Shown here one piece after another: positions 35,285 through 37,042 of a DNA stretch of 37,042 nt (positions are counted from its first letter, which is position 1; each line of letters opens with the position of its first letter). The notes beneath the pieces were generated by a model, which worked only from the letters and a program-made list of their open reading frames with translations, did not search any database and had not been told where the DNA came from. The position numbers were made by a program, and so were the translations under genes. This stretch comes from Ignavibacteria bacterium (lineage in GTDB: Bacteria; Bacteroidota; Ignavibacteria; Tepidaquicellales; OLB5), in contig JAUQWT010000293.1 in NCBI GenBank assembly GCA_030835005.1, positions 1 through 37,042 of the forward strand, given 5' to 3'.

Positions 35285-36784
35285 TTGAAGTTACCGCTCC
35301 ATATTCAAATTCTCATCGGTTTAATACTTGGCATTGCCTTTGGCGCAATATTCAAGGTTGATCATCATTACTTGAAAGTAGAGCACAAGAACGGATTGGC
35401 AGAAGTAGATAACTGGTCATCTGTGAGTTTTACTGCAGGTAAAGATTCAACCCTCAAAACTTTTGGAGAGTACTCTCAAACAGGAATCATAAAATATTTC
35501 GAATCCCTAAAGCAAAAAAATCAACTGAGCGGCGTTAAGCTGATCGTTAACATTCCTAACACCAACGAATCCCCTGTTTACGAAGGCATCTCATCAATTT
35601 CCGCGAAGCTTTCAATTGCAGCTGAGCTAAAGCCAATTGGAGAGATATTCATTCGGCTTCTGAATATGATCGCAGTCCCGCTTGTTCTGGCCTCTCTCAT
35701 AGTCGGTGCTGCATCACTTGGCAACATTAAACATCTGGCTAAGCTAGGCGGCAAATTGCTTATGCTGTTTGCTTTTACGGGCATGATTTCGGTCGCACTT
35801 GGCCAATTAATGACAGTTGTTATACAGCCCGGCACTAAAATGTCAGTCGAAGCCAAGAATCAATTGCTGGAATCATACAAAGATGAACTCTCGGCGCCTT
35901 TACAGCAGAATGCTAAAGTTGATATGGTAGATTTTTTGGTTAACATAGTACCAAAGAATCCTTTCAAAGCTCTTGCTGACGGGGATTTCCTTCAAATTGT
36001 TTTCTTTGCAATCTTAACAGGTTTGGTATTATGCTATTTGCCGGAATCAAAATCAGGAAAGGTTATCAAATTCTTTGACGGCATTACGCAGGCAATGATA
36101 AAGATGGTGGAGAAAGTTGTGCTCTTTGCTCCAATTGCAGTATTTGCATTGATTGCATCGACAGTTGCTGAATTCGGCTTTGAGATACTGCATACTTTGC
36201 TTTGGTATTCAATTACTGTTTTATCAGCACTGGTAATAGTTGGATTTGGTTTATATCCTGCACTAGTGAGAATTTTCGCGAAGGTCAATCCCATAAAATT
36301 CTTTCTTGCCCAGAAGCAGGTACTCGCAGTCGCTTTTACAACAAGCTCTTCATCAGCTACACTTCCCGTAACAATTGATGTGACTGAAAACAGACTTGGA
36401 GTACCGAACAAAATCGCAAGTTTTGTGTTGCCCATTGGCACTACAATAAATAAAGATGGCACTGCTTTATACCAGGCTGTTGCGGCGATATTTATAGCGC
36501 AGGTTTATGGATTTGATCTGAGCATGGCTCAGCAATTTACGATCTTCGTTACCTGTGTTATTACAGGCGCAGCTACTGCTCCTGTAGCCGGAGCTGGCCT
36601 CATTATGCTCGTAGTGGTTCTAAATGCTGTTGGATTGCCAGTAGAAGGCATTGCGCTGGTACTGGGAATAGACAGGATCATCAACATGTGCAGAACTACG
36701 GTGAATGTAATAGGCGATACAATGGCATCTGTTGTAATGGCAAAATCTGAAGGAGAACAGGGAGAAATCAAAACCAGTGAATAA
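35285..36784 (+). CDS. Dicarboxylate/amino acid:cation symporter (DAACS family), paralog 2, with the same inserted domain but altered coupling and substrate motifs
   Basis: HP1 is TTSSSSATLPVT, TM7 reads NKDGTALYQAV (Lys where Met is expected), and TM8 reads DRIINMCRTTVNVIGD. TTG start. The N-terminus is colinear with paralog 1. Confidence 0.88.
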   Translation: MKLPLHIQILIGLILGIAFGAIFKVDHHYLKVEHKNGLAEVDNWSSVSFTAGKDSTLKTFGEYSQTGIIKYFESLKQKNQLSGVKLIVNIPNTNESPVYEGISSISAKLSIAAELKPIGEIFIRLLNMIAVPLVLASLIVGAASLGNIKHLAKLGGKLLMLFAFTGMISVALGQLMTVVIQPGTKMSVEAKNQLLESYKDELSAPLQQNAKVDMVDFLVNIVPKNPFKALADGDFLQIVFFAILTGLVLCYLPESKSGKVIKFFDGITQAMIKMVEKVVLFAPIAVFALIASTVAEFGFEILHTLLWYSITVLSALVIVGFGLYPALVRIFAKVNPIKFFLAQKQVLAVAFTTSSSSATLPVTIDVTENRLGVPNKIASFVLPIGTTINKDGTALYQAVAAIFIAQVYGFDLSMAQQFTIFVTCVITGAATAPVAGAGLIMLVVVLNAVGLPVEGIALVLGIDRIINMCRTTVNVIGDTMASVVMAKSEGEQGEIKTSE

Positions 36785-36801
36785 TGTACATCTGTTAAGA
36801 T

Positions 36802-37042
36802 TTACCTTAATGAAGTAAATTTATCTTTCGGAATATACAGCTTATGCCCGTGCGGGAAGGTCATTTCAATCCCTTCGTTATTCCAAATTACTCTGGTCTT
36901 TCTGATATCATTTTCATCAAGCGGCTCGGGATCGATATAATTAATTACGTGCCCGTAATTTTTATCTCCTTTGCCCGATATCAAAACAATGTAATTAGAA
37001 CTGAGAGGCTGGCTTTGCTTTACTATACTTAAAGTATAAGGA
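36802..37042 (-). CDS. Hypothetical protein, 3' end only (the reading frame is open to the window edge)
   Basis: The minus-strand frame is open from 37042 down to the TAA stop at 36802..36804 (...IVKQSQPLSSNYIVLISGKGDKNYGHVINYIDPEPLDENDIRK...). The tracked 60-aa ORF is only its tail. I recognise no motif. Confidence 0.4.
   Translation of the reverse strand, partial: PYTLSIVKQSQPLSSNYIVLISGKGDKNYGHVINYIDPEPLDENDIRKTRVIWNNEGIEMTFPHGHKLYIPKDKFTSLR

Noticed and set aside
1-37042. CRISPR arrays, transposons/IS elements, prophage genes, toxin-antitoxin pairs or known defence systems
   Set aside because: I found no regularly spaced direct repeats, no terminal inverted repeats bracketing a transposase-like ORF, and no nuclease, ATPase or methylase combination typical of defence islands. 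The gene content is metabolic and housekeeping.

Overview
This is an AT-rich, densely coding bacterial chromosomal segment with about 36 CDS, one tRNA, and Shine-Dalgarno sites in front of many genes. The protein set is diderm: an Omp85/BamA-type protein, lipoprotein ABC binding proteins, a split PntAA/PntAB/PntB transhydrogenase, an ECF sigma factor and HprK. My guess is the FCB group (Ignavibacteriota/Bacteroidota-like), but I cannot verify that without a database.

Most of the window is housekeeping:
- hpf-hprK
- a Dpp/Opp-type ABC importer with two binding-protein paralogs and two permeases but no ATPase genes
- omp85-holB
- purF
- yebC-ruvC-ruvA
- recJ preceded by tRNA-Leu(CAG)
- an ECF sigma / anti-sigma / TlpA-like thioredoxin operon
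- pepP
- pntAA-pntAB-pntB
- several glycosyltransferase and oxidoreductase genes

I see no CRISPR array, transposase, integrase, phage gene or recognisable defence gene.

The best candidate for something undescribed lies at 31346-36784. Two paralogous DAACS (GltP/GltPh-family) symporters flank a P-type ATPase, separated by only 3 nt and 6 nt.
- The ATPase keeps every catalytic motif, but the membrane positions that bind cations in SERCA-type pumps read Q, V and I (PQGL in M4, SIGLP in M6).
- Both symporters carry a roughly 85-90 aa insertion between TM1 and TM2.
- The second symporter reads NKDGT instead of NMDGT and has Asn at the substrate alpha-amino Asp position.

Novelty cannot be established from sequence alone. 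Every motif alignment was made by eye and needs HMM and structure checks.
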